Source: Octopus sinensis
Taxonomy: Eukaryota
Assembly: GCF_006345805.1 (NCBI RefSeq)
Contig: NC_042999.1
Span: 60,450,001 to 60,514,000, forward strand
DNA length: 64,000 bases
Direction: 5' to 3'
Under the pieces are notes generated by a model. It was not told where the DNA came from and ran no database searches. It worked only from the letters and a program-made list of their open reading frames with translations. The translations under genes were made by a program, and so were the position numbers. Shown one piece after another: positions 1 through 12,266 of this stretch (positions are counted from its first letter, which is position 1; the number at the start of each line of letters is the position of its first letter).

Positions 1-468
1 CGTTGATGCGGACAGACAGAAGATGAAACGTTAAAGCAGTGCGATCGAACTCGGAAACTAGTGGTTATGAAGTGGAATTTTAAACTATTCGGTCACACTG
101 CACATACAAGTTGCGTAGAATCGAATGATTTTAAAATATTTGGAAACCAATCTTCAGGCACACATGTTATGTGAAGGCAAGCTTAAAGGCGTTCTTCTTT
201 GATGAAACATCGTTTTGTTGATTAAATTCATAGTTAATTATGAACTACACAGATTATATGGTAATGAGTTGCAATAAGCAGCCTCTAATTAGTGATGTAA
301 GAAACAGATCAGAGGATTAAATTTAACTGCCTTTTTTAAGGCTACAAGGAAATGTAAAATATTTCATTCTGCAAGAAAGCATGTACGCGAAGATACACGT
401 ATTCATATTTACATGCACACACTTACACACACATATAAACATACATATACATATATACATGTGTAAAT

Positions 469-583
469 ATGTATGTATGTATATATGTGTGCATAAATGC
501 ATGTATGCATGAATGCATGTATGTATGTATGTATGTATGTATGTATGTATGTATGTATGTATGTATGTATGTATGTATGTATG

Positions 584-657
<74 letters not shown>
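469..657. repeat. Compound microsatellite (TATG)n-(TATC)n-(TA)n
   Basis: Direct reading; explains ORF 469..660. Confidence 0.97.
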
Positions 658-662
<5 letters not shown>

Positions 663-741
663 TAGTGTAAATTTAAGCACAACAGAGGCGATCCTTAACA
701 GGTAGCCTTACACGCTAGAAGGACCAGTCAAAACGATCCAA

Positions 742-876
742 ACCACATTTAAGAGCAATTTCGAAAGGAATGAAAAATAAAAACTTTTACATTGCGTTTT
801 TTACAGCCCTACCTAGATGTCAAACTCTGATTAGCAAATAAAATAATTTGCTAGGCGGAGTTCCCATCAGTGGTTA
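742..876 (-). ncRNA. Decayed type I hammerhead-like motif with long stem II
   Basis: Minus strand: aacca-CTGATGG-gaa...~100 nt with tagcaaat/atttgcta hairpin...ttc-GAAA-ttgctcttaaa-TG-tggtt. A9>G and G at position 17 predict inactivity. Lies in a module bounded by simple repeats (659-900). Confidence 0.45.
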
Positions 877-992
877 CGCTAAAACCTTAACATATGATTC
901 AGAGAGAGAGTAACATACATACATACATACATACATACATACATACATACATACATACATACATACATACATAACATACATACATACATACA

Positions 993-1064
<72 letters not shown>

Positions 1065-1067
<3 letters not shown>

Positions 1068-2218
1068 ATTTCAACAATTGAGGGTAAAATTAATTAGTTA
1101 TTAATCAATTTCACCAAGTATTCAGTATGTAAAAGGACCATTTAAAGCGAATTCAAAATATTACATTAATATAAAAGGGCTTAGTAAAATAAATTACTTT
1201 GCCACATACTGAAATCATTAGAAATAGCAGCCAAAAAAGATTTTTAGCTATTTCTAATACTTAAAGAACATACCCTTTTGGCGACTTAACACCTCAGACA
1301 GTGCCAACAAATTCAAAATATGCAAGCGAAGAATTCCTGTTCTCCCTTTCCACCCACGTGGGCTAAACTAGCAAACACCATATTTTAGCGGTGAAAACCG
1401 AGGCAATAAACAGAGAGAAATGAATTATAATTTCAACAATTGAGGGTAAAATTAATTAGTTATTAATCAATTTCACCAAGTATTCAGTATGTAAAAGGAC
1501 CATTTAAGGCGAATTCAAAATATTACATTAATATAAAAGGGCTTAGTAAAATAAATTACTTTGCCACATACTGAACTCATTAGAAATAGCAGCCAAAAAA
1601 GTTTTTTTAGCTATTTCTAATACTTAAAGAAAAATTTCTCTCAGATAGTGTTTACTCAGAATAACCCACGAAGGTATGGGGGTAAAAAACATTAAAAAAT
1701 CACAAGTGCAAAGATTATTTGAGAACGTTACGTTTCTAGATCAGCCAAATAGATCTCTCTGTTTATTGCCTCGGTTTTCACCGCTAAAATATGGTGTTTG
1801 CTAGTTTAGTCCACGTGGGTTGAAAGGGAGAACAGGAATTCTTCGCTTGCATATTTTGAATTTGTTGGCACTGTCAGTTTGAACGGGTCGTCTGAGGTGT
1901 TAAGTCGCCAAAAGGGTATGTTCCTACTTTCAGTGTTTCCAAATCCAAATTAAGAAATTTTGGGCTGACGAAAGAAATGTCGAATTTTATTTGGCTGATC
2001 TAGAAACGTAACGTTCTCAAATAATCTTTGCACTTGTGATTTTTTTAATGTTTTTTACCCCCATACCTTCGTGGGTTATTCTGAGTAAACACTATCTGAG
2101 AGAAATTTTTCTTTAAGTATTAGAAATAGCTAAAAAACTTTTTTGGCTGCTATTTCTAATGAGTTCAGTATGTGGCAAAGTAATTTATTTTACTAAGCCC
2201 TTTTATATTAATGTAATA
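1065..2218. mobile_element. Rearranged cluster of three partial PLE pseudo-LTR-like copies (two minus, one plus)
   Basis: 1065-1268 repeats directly at 1427-1631. 1268-1418 is inverted at 1754-1923, and 1520-1752 is inverted at 1988-2218. Bounded by (TA)n and carries an HHR. Confidence 0.75.
1959..2021 (+). ncRNA. Type I hammerhead ribozyme motif
   Basis: tttggg-CTGACGA-a-aga...tct-a-GAAA-cgtaacg-TT-ctcaaa; 6-bp stem I, quasi-palindromic helix III, GUU triplet. Confidence 0.7.
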
Positions 2219-2449
2219 TATATATATATATAATATATATATATATATATTATATATATATATATATATACATATATATATACTTCTACCTTTACGCTGC
2301 TTTATTTTATTGGAAAATAATACATTTGTATTGCAATATTTTATTTTTCATTGAACATATTTTCACTGTTCTCGGTCTGTTAACGGCGAAGCGTTCGGGC
2401 GAGTATACTGACATTGATGTAGCAACATTTGAAGTATCGTCCAGGTAAA

Positions 2450-2518
2450 GCAGCTGAAGAAGACTAATCAAATTTACGATAACAAACGTATTTAAAGAGT
2501 TCGAAACCTAGGTACTGC
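2450..2518 (+). ncRNA. Type I hammerhead ribozyme motif
   Basis: gcag-CTGAAGA-agact...agttc-GAAA-cctagg-TA-ctgc; perfect palindromic helix III ACCUAGGU, GUA triplet. Confidence 0.78.
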
Positions 2519-2695
2519 ATTATCTGTTTCTGGGTTGTCCATTTATATAACGTTCTTCTTAGAGGTAAGAAAATCTTTTTTGTTTGCTGCCCTCACACGT
2601 CTTTGCCAGTATATACACATTGAAGCTTTAATATAGCATCGATAATGTATCGACTGCTATTTCCAGTTGACATTGGTGCTTTGTTGTATCACTAC

Positions 2696-2783
<88 letters not shown>

Positions 2784-2829
2784 ATTCGGCCATCCTTCCA
2801 CTAGCAAAGCAAAGTGAAGTGAAGCATTT

Positions 2830-2920
2830 TGCTTAAGAAACACAAGCCAGACGGTTCGAGAATCGAACCTACGATCTTGCGATCATGAGCGCAGCAACAT
2901 AATCACTAGACAACACGCCT
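2830..2920 (-). mobile_element. tRNA-derived SINE head fragment (related to 49202-49530)
   Basis: Reverse complement has an A-box-like tgtctagtga and a B-box ggttcgattctc, followed by tgtgtttcttaag. Confidence 0.5.
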
Positions 2921-4545
2921 TCACACATACACACCCACACACACTTCATATGTACATGCATTCGTAGATATATATGTACATGCATACATATATAAAATCA
3001 TGTACAGATACACAGGCACTAATACAAAAATTCTGAGATATACATCGATATTACATGTCCCAATATAGAAATACAGATATATACATATACTGTAAAAAAA
3101 TTTCTTTTTATGTAAACATGTAACATCTATTATATGCTAAGTCATGTGTTGCTTGAGGAAAAAATCACGCAAAAAATAAACCCTACAGAGAATTTTTTAA
3201 TCTACTCCTTTAAACACTAAATATTATAAGGGTAAATAATTTTTTCCCATCTTTGGTCTACTATACTTTATAAGCCACACTTCACACATTTTTGCGTTTC
3301 TCATAACAGGATTCATCCAACCAAACAATAAATCAATTGATAAAATACTACACTATATTTTGGCATGGGATTCTACAATTTAATTTAATGTAACATCATA
3401 AAAATGTAAACAAATTTCTGTGAGAAAATAAGTGAATAAAAAATATACACAACTTCATCGCATCGCTTATTTTTCTAAGAAATAATGATTTATTCGGTGT
3501 TAACTTTAACGGCCCTAACATCCATAAAATGAAGTTATATTACACAGTATTTTTTTCTTTCAAAAGTCAAGAAATTGCAATGCATTTTTACAAATACGCT
3601 TATCCTGTATGATCAAAGTTCTCAAAAACGTTTAGAAAATGGCTATGTTGTTAAAACATACATTTTGTTTTTACATCGCTATGTTTCAGCCAAAGTGCTG
3701 AACATCTTAAAGGAAAGTAAGGTAAATGTTTTCAGTCAGGTTCATTCAAAGCTTCGTGTGGTATTCAGCAAATGTAAACCGTATGGAATTTTCTCGGAGG
3801 AATAGTAAATCTGGTTTCATGCAATCCCATATCTTTTGCCGGAGTCCACACTGAGGAAAACTTTTCGACAAGTTCTCACACCAACCTTGAATATCGGAAA
3901 GAGAAAATGATCGATGCTATTTCTCGTCTAACTGAACTCTGAATAAAATGGCGTTGTATGAACCTGGTTTCATTTACAACGAAGCACACTGTTAATTATT
4001 TTAAAACCTGGTTAAAATATTTCATGAGACACGCTACAAGGTCGCTTTATTCCTTAGAAATTTCACTAAGGCTTTTTCCAATCATAATATAAGGAGCGGC
4101 GTTGAAAAAAGAATTGGGTTGTTCACGAGGGAATCCCATTTATTCGAGATTTATTTAACAGTAGCTATCACCACTACCTCAAACAACAACAAAAACAATG
4201 ACTTACGAGTATTGCACACAGTATTTCATCATGCTCCACTAATTAAGGTAACCTGAAGGAGTCCCTTTAGAGTAATTGACATGTTAGATATATATGCTAA
4301 ATTTCCTTACGTCACACCATTCCGTATTTAGCAGGAGGGACGCCCTGAATATTGTGGTTCTGGGTACACAGAGCGTCAATTAGGACGAGTTGTTCATGGT
4401 TAGAATGTATTTAATCATACGTACGTAGGCCTACTTTGCTTGGGTTGACTTAAATCTGTACAACCATGGAAACAAACAACAAGAACACTATCAAGCAGTC
4501 TTCTATTGTATTACTTTATTATATTAATTTGTGTTAAGGTGGCAA

Positions 4546-5235
4546 GGTGGAAGATTCTCTGGCATGCTGGGCAAAATAAGCTTAGCTGCAGTTCGTCCGT
4601 CTTTACTGAGTTCAAATTCTGCCGAAGTCAACTTTACCTTTCATCATTTCGAGGTGTATAAACTGGGATCAATGTCATCGGCTGATCCCATCTCCCCAAA
4701 TCCCTGATCTTGTGCCAAAATTTAAAACAATATTAGTTTGTGCTAAGAAGGTGAGCTGCCGAAATGCTTCACGGCATTTCCTTTGTCTTTACGTTCTGAG
4801 TTGAAGTGCAGTTGAGATCCACTTTGCCTTTCATCGTTTCGGATTCAGTATGTTCAATTTCGCCTAGTTCGACATTGTCTTTCATCCAGCAGTGGTAGAT
4901 AAAATAAGTACCAGTTGGGTTCTGAGATCAATGTAGTCAACCTACTCCTTTTCCTAAAAGTTAAAGCCTTGTGTTTATGGTAGAAAGGCAGGGAGGAATA
5001 TTCAATCACAAATTGCTGGCGAACTGGTAGAATCGTTAAGCACGCCGGGCAAAATACTAAGCGGCATTTCGTCTGTCTTTATGTTCTGAATTCAAATTCT
5101 GCGGAGGTCGACCTTGCCTTTCAGCTTTTCGTGTTCGATAAACTAAGTGCCAGTTGAACAATGAGGTCGATATAATCGACTCGACCTCTCTTCCGAAATT
5201 ATGGACATTGTGCCAAAATTTGGAACTAATATTCG
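4546..5235 (+). mobile_element. Cluster of about 4 degenerate SINE family B copies
   Basis: Repeated gttctgagttcaaattc...gtcgactttgcctttcatc...gataaaataagtaccagtt motifs. Confidence 0.75.
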
Positions 5236-6553
5236 ATCACAGAACTATATCATTCTATATCAGAACTATTTCATTCAGGGTTATAGTTCCTGATTCAAGA
5301 TTGTTTATCAAGGAATTTTCCAATAACATTACACCAGACCGAAGAGAAAATCCCGTTTTATTTCTAACCTTTTTTACTTGCTTCAGGAGAGTCATTTCTA
5401 AAGAAGATATATCCGTTTGATCGAGTTTAGATTAGGAATAATAATTAAATCTTAAGTAAAGTTATATAAAATAATGTAGTTATTGGTAAAATAAAACTAA
5501 ATGAAGGCTAGATAATCACAAGTGGTATGTTTTAAATTATAGGTATTCGTGAAAATAACTGGCATACTAAAAAATCATAAGCCTGGAAAACTGGCCCAGG
5601 GTTAATCAACAGCAGTTACTTTATGTCATACAGACATAAGCCAGAGAATGTCAGAAATATAAATTGGAATTATAAGCATGAAATTGTTGTGTGTACATAG
5701 TTCCACTGAGAGACGTGTAAGGCGAGACGTGTTCTGAAATTTAATTGGTTTTAGTGGAAATATCTTTAAATTGCATTAAAGTTTGTTATTGGCGGCTGCC
5801 GTTTAAGTATGTACACATTTCACCGTATTTACAGTTAGCTCTACATTAGAATCCATCTAAATTAATGCACATTGTTAAATATTAATAGAGTTTGATTAGT
5901 AATTGCGATGTTTCCATAAAAACAGATTTCTCCCCCCCATTAAAAACGAACTTATTTAGCTAAATTATATTTCTTCATTTTCACGAAAAGCAACGACAAA
6001 TGTATTTCTTTTTCGCTTGCTTTCTCCTTTTACAGGATTAGCTTTGTTTTATTCTATGCATCTCTTTTCGCTCGAACATTTGTAAACGGTAATTATTGCG
6101 CATAACTCATACCCTAAGAAGAACGAAGAACAAAGTAAAACGTAGCTCTAAAGCCATTTAGAATTAAGTAAAATAATAACAATAACAAAGGTAATCAAAA
6201 TAAATGACAACGTAATCACACGAAGTAAGTATTGTTTCGACGAAGCATTTAATAATGAGCTAACGGACGATGTGTGATTGAAACAGTGGGAAGTGTAAAC
6301 GACTTTCATTGAAGTGTTGATTAGAAAATGGCTTTTAACTGTTTAATGAATACAGTGTTAAAGTTCTATTAACATCTGACAGTTTTCATCAAGTAAGCTA
6401 TTTCATTATTTTAGTTTTATAACCGACTAAAAATAGAAAAAGCAACAGCACCAACGCTGACATTTTCTGAAATATGCAAATAAGCAATAGACAGTAAGTG
6501 AACGAAATGAAGAATCCGCCTCGCATATAGATACATACAGATATATATATATG

Positions 6554-6584
<31 letters not shown>

Positions 6585-6632
6585 ATGTGTGTTTGTGTGT
6601 GTGTGTATGTATATGTATATATGTATATATAT

Positions 6633-6682
<50 letters not shown>

Positions 6683-6715
6683 ATATATATATATGTATAT
6701 ATATATATGTATATA

Positions 6716-6758
<43 letters not shown>

Positions 6759-6766
6759 ATATATAT

Positions 6767-6805
<39 letters not shown>

Positions 6806-6808
<3 letters not shown>

Positions 6809-7330
6809 TAATACTAAGTAATTAAGGGTTTAGCAACGATTTGCCTCGCCACACACCGAATTTAGAAATAGCAGTCAAAGAGTTATAGCTATTCTTTCTA
6901 GTAAAAGGGAGATCTCAGTAAAACCACACCACTTGAAAGGCAAACACAGACAGGCAAGAGAGAAGGAAATGACGGCAATCTATCATACAATTTTAAGTCA
7001 CCTACGGACGTACGTTTCGAAATTAAGTTTTAGGAAAGCATAAGAATTAGATAATTATGTCTTACCCAACTTCTTTTCTCATCAGCGTAGGACACTACAA
7101 TTATGAATAATTGTATATTAAATTTCGAGATGCTAGAAGGCATCATCTCAACTCAGTATCAGAGCGAGCTAAAACCGTTACCAGTATCACCAAATTCAAA
7201 GTGTGAATGAAAGTTTGTGTCACCAACCCCTTCCTACCAGTGTGTAGCCAAGACAAGATGTTGTGGTCATTTACTGGGATGAAATATGGTTATCAGTAAT
7301 AATATTAATTTCACCCTATATTATTACTGA
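6806..7330 (-). mobile_element. (TA)n-flanked non-coding HHR module (PLE pseudo-LTR / retrozyme-like)
   Basis: Bounded by (TA)n on both sides, no ORF, carries the HHR at 7001-7091 and the ttagaaatagcag motif shared with 1065-2218. Confidence 0.65.
7001..7091 (-). ncRNA. Canonical type I hammerhead ribozyme with long stem II
   Basis: Minus strand: cctacg-CTGATGA-gaaa...tttc-GAAA-cgtacg-TC-cgtagg; perfect 6-bp stem I, palindromic helix III ACGUACGU, GUC triplet. Confidence 0.88.
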
Positions 7331-7331
7331 T

Positions 7332-7398
<67 letters not shown>

Positions 7399-7399
7399 A

Positions 7400-7757
7400 T
7401 GCATATACCGGAGTACGCCACTGTAATCGTGATTGGAAATCAAAAAAAATTTGTCCGTGACTCTTCCACTTTTTCTTCGTCCTCTTTTTACCTTTCTTCT
7501 TCTACTTCCACTTTTCTACTTGTGTCACCACCACTTACACCTACACAGACATTCACTGACCGCGTGTATACTGTTAGCGATTTTTTTCCTCCGTCTTCCC
7601 GTCTCTGGATCTTTCCTTTTCCTATGTTTCTGACGAAGAGGTCCGCTCGAAACGTAAAACCCTCCTTCTTCCCTTCCTTTCTGAGCGTCCAATAATACAA
7701 TATTTGTTCAACGTCCTCGCGTTGTTGTGTTTTCTCTTCGTGTTTTCATGTTTGGAT

Positions 7758-7762
<5 letters not shown>
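7400..7762 (+). mobile_element. PLE 3' end / pseudo-LTR
   Basis: Pyrimidine-rich tract, HHR, then a ctgagcg..taatacaat..ttcgt tail homologous to the pseudo-LTR at 11821-12020; (TA)n on both sides. Confidence 0.7.
7626..7660 (+). ncRNA. Minimal type I hammerhead ribozyme (PLE type)
   Basis: gttt-CTGACGA-a-gag-gtccg-ctc-GAAA-cg-TA-aaac; ACGU palindromic helix III typical of dimerising PLE HHRs. Confidence 0.82.
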
Positions 7763-7802
<40 letters not shown>

Positions 7803-7868
7803 ATTTTTTGCGTAATGAGATAAAAGTAACCAAGGCTATGTAGATATTAGAACATTTATAGATAGAAG

Positions 7869-7920
7869 GTCTTACAGCCGTTTCCAGGATATTTATTAAT
7901 TATATCCCTTCATCGGAGAC
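7869..7920 (-). ncRNA. Type I hammerhead motif, U4C core variant
   Basis: Minus strand: gtct-CCGATGA-a-gggatat-loop-atatcct-g-GAAA-cggctg-TA-agac, inside a (TA)n-flanked module (7798-7995). Confidence 0.7.
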
Positions 7921-7995
7921 GGTGTGAGAGGATAGTTAAGTAATACTTAGTTTAGATAGTATACAAAATAGAGATTGAGGTGGAGGAAAGAAAAT

Positions 7996-8063
<68 letters not shown>

Positions 8064-8102
8064 ATGTATGCATGCATGTATAAATGTATGCATGTCTGTC
8101 TG

Positions 8103-8134
<32 letters not shown>

Positions 8135-8451
8135 CGTTTATGAGTTTTGTTGGAAGATTCCTGATATGAAACCGTGTGTTGAATCAGATGTTATATTTCG
8201 GGATGGTCATTTTCTTTCCTTTTTTTTCGTTCCTCACTCGTTTATTATTGTTCCGATTTTATCTCATGTCAATTGTCTGGAAATCCTTCGTCACACATTT
8301 GTGAGCTCTCCAGCGACCATTTCCATCCACGTGTATCCTGCTGCTCCGTCTAGTCCACTCCGAAATAATGGAATTTTTATTATTACAAGTGTGCATTTAA
8401 CTGGCAAAAGATGACCGTTTTCAAGTATAACAATATATATATGAATATATA

Positions 8452-8850
8452 TACTCTTTTACTCTTCTACTTGTTTCAGTCATTTGACTGCGGCCATGCT
8501 GGAGCACCGCCTTTAATCGAGCAACTCGACCCCAGGACTTATTCTTTTGTAAGCCCAGTACTTATTTTATCGGTCTCTTTTGCCGAACTGCTAAGTAACG
8601 GGGACATAAACACACCAGCATCGGTTGTCAAGCAATGCTAGGGGAACAAATACAGACACACAAACATATACACTCACACATACATATATACGACGGACGT
8701 CTTTCAGTTTCCGTCTACCAAATCCACTCACACGGCTTTGGTCGGCCCGAGGCCATAGTAGAAGGCACTTGCCCAAGGTGCCACGCAGTGGGACTGAACC
8801 CGGAACCATGTGGCTGGTAAACAAGCTACTTACCACACAGCCACTCCTGC
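8452..8850 (-). mobile_element. SINE family A (tRNA head, CORE-like accttgggcaagtg segment, internal CA/TA microsatellite), full length
   Basis: Minus strand begins gcaggagtggctgtgtggtaag...ccgggttcagtccc and ends tgactgaaacaagt(a)gaagagta. Resembles octopus OR-type SINEs from memory. Confidence 0.85.
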
Positions 8851-8979
8851 TACTGAAAAGAAATAAACACACACACATCCACGCACGCACGCACATATAC
8901 ATACATTATACATCATACAATCATACATATAAAGACAAAGGGAGACAGAGTGATACACACATATACGTTAATATATATA

Positions 8980-9042
<63 letters not shown>

Positions 9043-9091
9043 AAAAACAAGTCAAAAATAGAAAATGCTAAGATGATTTTATAGTGAATCT

Positions 9092-9132
9092 TTCAGTACC
9101 GTTTCGGTCATTTTGAGACCTTTTCAACTGTA
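9092..9132 (-). ncRNA. Hammerhead motif with U3:A8 compensatory core
   Basis: Minus strand: tacag-TTGAAAA-ggtc-tcaaaat-gacc-GAAA-cgg-TA-ctgaa. Confidence 0.68.
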
Positions 9133-9927
9133 ACGATTAAATAATTAAATTTAGAAAAATTAGAAGAAAAGTTTTTTAAAAGAATATTTCTGTAGTAGTG
9201 TTCAGATATAAGTAGCATTCTGCCTTTCTCTGACTCCCTTGTTTGCACTTGTGTGTTCGAGGTCGTTTTGAGTTCTTGGTAAGATAGGTGAAGAATAATG
9301 AGGCTGATGTGAAGAGGGGGTGGGGAAATCTGGGAATGCCTTAATGGTCGTATTTTGAATGGTCAGTGGCTGACGTTAGTCGCAGTTCTATTCAGGAATT
9401 GTTTATGGAATTTGCGTAGGCGTTATACTGAAAGACATTAGTGACAAGGTTAAGGGGTGGAAGGTGGAGAAGTAGAAGAAGAAGAAGATGACGATGTTGA
9501 TGATGATGATGATGATGAAGAAGAAGAAGAAGAAGAAGGAGAAGGAGAAGATGGTGGTGATGATGGTGGTGATGATGATGACGACGATGATGATGATAAT
9601 GATGATGATGAAGAAAAAGAGGAAGAAGAAGAAGAAGAAAAAAACAGAGAAGGGAGAATATGAATGGGTGTAAGTTAGCTGTGATGGGGCTGATTAGTAA
9701 TGGATTCTGTGGAGTGTAATATTTGTGTGTGTATATATTTCTTTTATTCTAAAGTTGAGGTATATTAATTGTTTGTCGTAGACCCGTTAAGAAGTGGCTT
9801 GTATTTTGTAATAAAAAGATTTTCTTTACTTATTCGTTGTCTCGAGGTTGTATCGTCCCTAAATTGGTAGAGGGGGAAAATTCTGAAGTTTGGTGTTTTT
9901 TTGTTGGCGCAAGTATCTATGTGTTGG

Positions 9928-10590
9928 CTAAAAGCTATTTTTCTGTTTTGGGGAATTTTTATCTGGGATCTGTGCAGGCCATTCGTTTACGCAACCATTT
10001 TTTGTTTGGCCTATGTACTGCTCTTGACACCCGGAGCAGGTTAGTGAGTATATTAGGTTCTCCGAAGCACATGTGATGTTGCTTTTCACTGTAAACCGTT
10101 GTCCCTGTTTGAAGGAGAATTCTGATCCCTCAATTAGATAGTCGCATATCCCGCAATTGGGTCTTCCACATTTTTTTACTGTCGGCTTCTGTGTTGAAGA
10201 GTGAATTCGGGCTTGTGTAAGGAGACTTTTCATGGATCTAGGCTGTCTTTTGCTTTTTATGATCGTGTGTGTTTGGAGGATTGTGTTCATTCTGTGGTCT
10301 TTTTCTAGGAGGGGTATGTTGTGGAGGATGGTGTCGAAGGCTTCGTTATTGAGAGGGTTGTGTGTGGAGATGTATGGTAAGGCTTTTGGTTGTAAGTTTT
10401 TCTTTGATTTGGGATGTCTGAGTTCCTTGATGTTAAGTTGAAGGGCACGTTGAATGCACTTGTCAATAAGTGAAGGTGGATAGTTCCTGGTGATAAGGGT
10501 ATCTTTTAGTTCTTGTAGTCGTGTGTCTCTGGTGTTTGCGTTAGAGACTATAGTGCATATCCTTTTTGCTAGATTGAAGGGGATATTCAT
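9928..10590 (-). CDS. PLE RT thumb/linker and GIY-YIG endonuclease fragment (disrupted)
   Basis: ORF track 220 aa; GIY-YIG-type IYSLTC...YIGQT; frameshift just after GQTK. Confidence 0.85.
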   Translation of the reverse strand: MNIPFNLAKRICTIVSNANTRDTRLQELKDTLITRNYPPSLIDKCIQRALQLNIKELRHPKSKKNLQPKALPYISTHNPLNNEAFDTILHNIPLLEKDHRMNTILQTHTIIKSKRQPRSMKSLLTQARIHSSTQKPTVKKCGRPNCGICDYLIEGSEFSFKQGQRFTVKSNITCASENLIYSLTCSGCQEQYIGQTKNGCVNEWPAQIPDKNSPKQKNSF

Positions 10591-11585
10591 CCTGGTGTGT
10601 CTGGGGTGGCATGAATTGAATGGAAGATATTGCTTAGATTCTGTAGGCTTATAGTATATGTCTGTTTCTATTATATTATTAGCTTTCTTAATGAGGATAT
10701 CGAGGAAGGGGAGTTGTTATATATATATATATGCATATATATATTAACGTATATGTGTGTATCACTCTCTCTCCCTTTCTTTTTATATGTATGTATGATT
10801 GTATGATGTATAATGTATGTATATGGGCGTGCGTGGATGTGTGTGTGTTTATTTCTTTTCAGTACAAATCACACAAAGTAACAGAGGAAAATATTTATGA
10901 AGAAAAATCGCCTCAATACTTTAGGAAAAGTAAATATTTAATACGTTTGTTGTTGTTCCATTTTTTCATCATCAATTCCTCAGAGTTTCATCACGGTGGG
11001 AGATGGGCACGAAACATCGACCAATGGAATAATACATGAAAACAACACATACTATAAGAATAAAAGGCAAATATCAATATCAGTTTAGAAGTACATTTTG
11101 CGTTCGTGAACATTTCTAAAACAATGAGATGCAATAAAAAATAATGATAGGAATATGACTGATGTCTTAAATGGGTTGCATTAGTCGCTTCCGAGATAGA
11201 AAAAAAAAAACAGAAATTGGGGAAAAATCTAAACTGCTTTAAAACACAGTTTATGTTTTAACCAGTAAATGAGAACTTTAAGCTTTATATAAAAACAAAC
11301 TAAAAGGAGGAGAAAAGACAAGGTCAATAGCAAACCGTATGAATAGAAGAAATGGTGAAAGGCTACGATATATATATATGTATAACAAAACTTATTTGAA
11401 AGAAAATAAGAAATAAGTGGAAATTTTACCGGTGAGCGTGTTAAATGATTAGGCACTAAAAGAGAATGACTCTCTCCAGACACAACACAATTATTTGAAA
11501 GTGATTACATTGTATTAAAAATCTCCCGAAGTAAATTCTATATAAAAAATCTTCAGGTTGAGAATCTAAGACAATGTGTTAATTT

Positions 11586-11778
11586 CTCTTTTACTTGTTG
11601 CGGTCATTTGACTGCGGCCTTGCTGGAGCACCGCCTTTAGTCGAGCAAATCGATCCCAAGACTTATTCTTTGTAAGCTTAGTACTTATTCTATCGTATTC
11701 TTTTGCCGAAACGTTAAGTTACGGGGACGTAAACACACCAACATCGGTTGTCAAGCGATGCTGTGGGGACAAACACAA

Positions 11779-11819
<41 letters not shown>

Positions 11820-11820
11820 A
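11586..11820 (-). mobile_element. SINE family A 3' half (split by PLE insertion)
   Basis: Tail sequence followed by (CA)n(TA)n; the matching head is at 14112-14276. Confidence 0.8.
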
Positions 11821-11922
11821 TATAACGGGAAGCTTTATGAAAATAGACAAAAGACGAAGGCAGGTGGAAAACAAACAAACAATTGTATTAGTATGGCGCT
11901 CAGGAAATATAAATAAAACAAG

Positions 11923-11960
11923 TCTTTAACGTTTCGAGCCTACGCTCTTCAACAGAAAGA
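11923..11960 (-). ncRNA. Minimal hammerhead motif, A6U core (CUGUUGA)
   Basis: Minus strand: tcttt-CTGTTGA-a-gagc-gtag-gctc-GAAA-cg-TT-aaaga. Confidence 0.65.
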
Positions 11961-12266
11961 TACACAGAGAAAAAAAACACAGAAAGAAGGAGAGAAAAAA
12001 ATGCGTGCAGTAACTAACGAATCAACATGGCGATCTGATTTCGGCCAGAAGTCAAAGATCAAACATGAGACGCGAGAGCGAAATTAGGGGAGATAATAGG
12101 GTTGAATGACCTACTCCAACATAAGGGTGTGTGGTGTTGTGTGTATGAGAGAGTATTAGTGCGTATGAGAGGTCTGGACGTGTGTATGTATAGGGTTGGT
12201 GTATGTATTAGTATGTATTAGTATGTATTAGTATGTATTAGTTGGTGTATGTATTAGTATGGCACA

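Larger units (their letters stand above)
9042..10708 (-). mobile_element. 5'-truncated Penelope-like element (Neptune-like), RT C-terminus plus GIY-YIG
   Basis: LPFLDILIKK..TDIYYKPT..YLPFNSCHP; CGRPNCGIC linker; NLIYSLTC..YIGQT; frameshifted C-terminus; (TA)n at both ends; HHR in the 3' part. Confidence 0.9.

Noticed and set aside
9457-9663. Acidic D/E-rich 68-aa ORF
   Set aside because: Trinucleotide tract on the antisense strand of the PLE 3' region.
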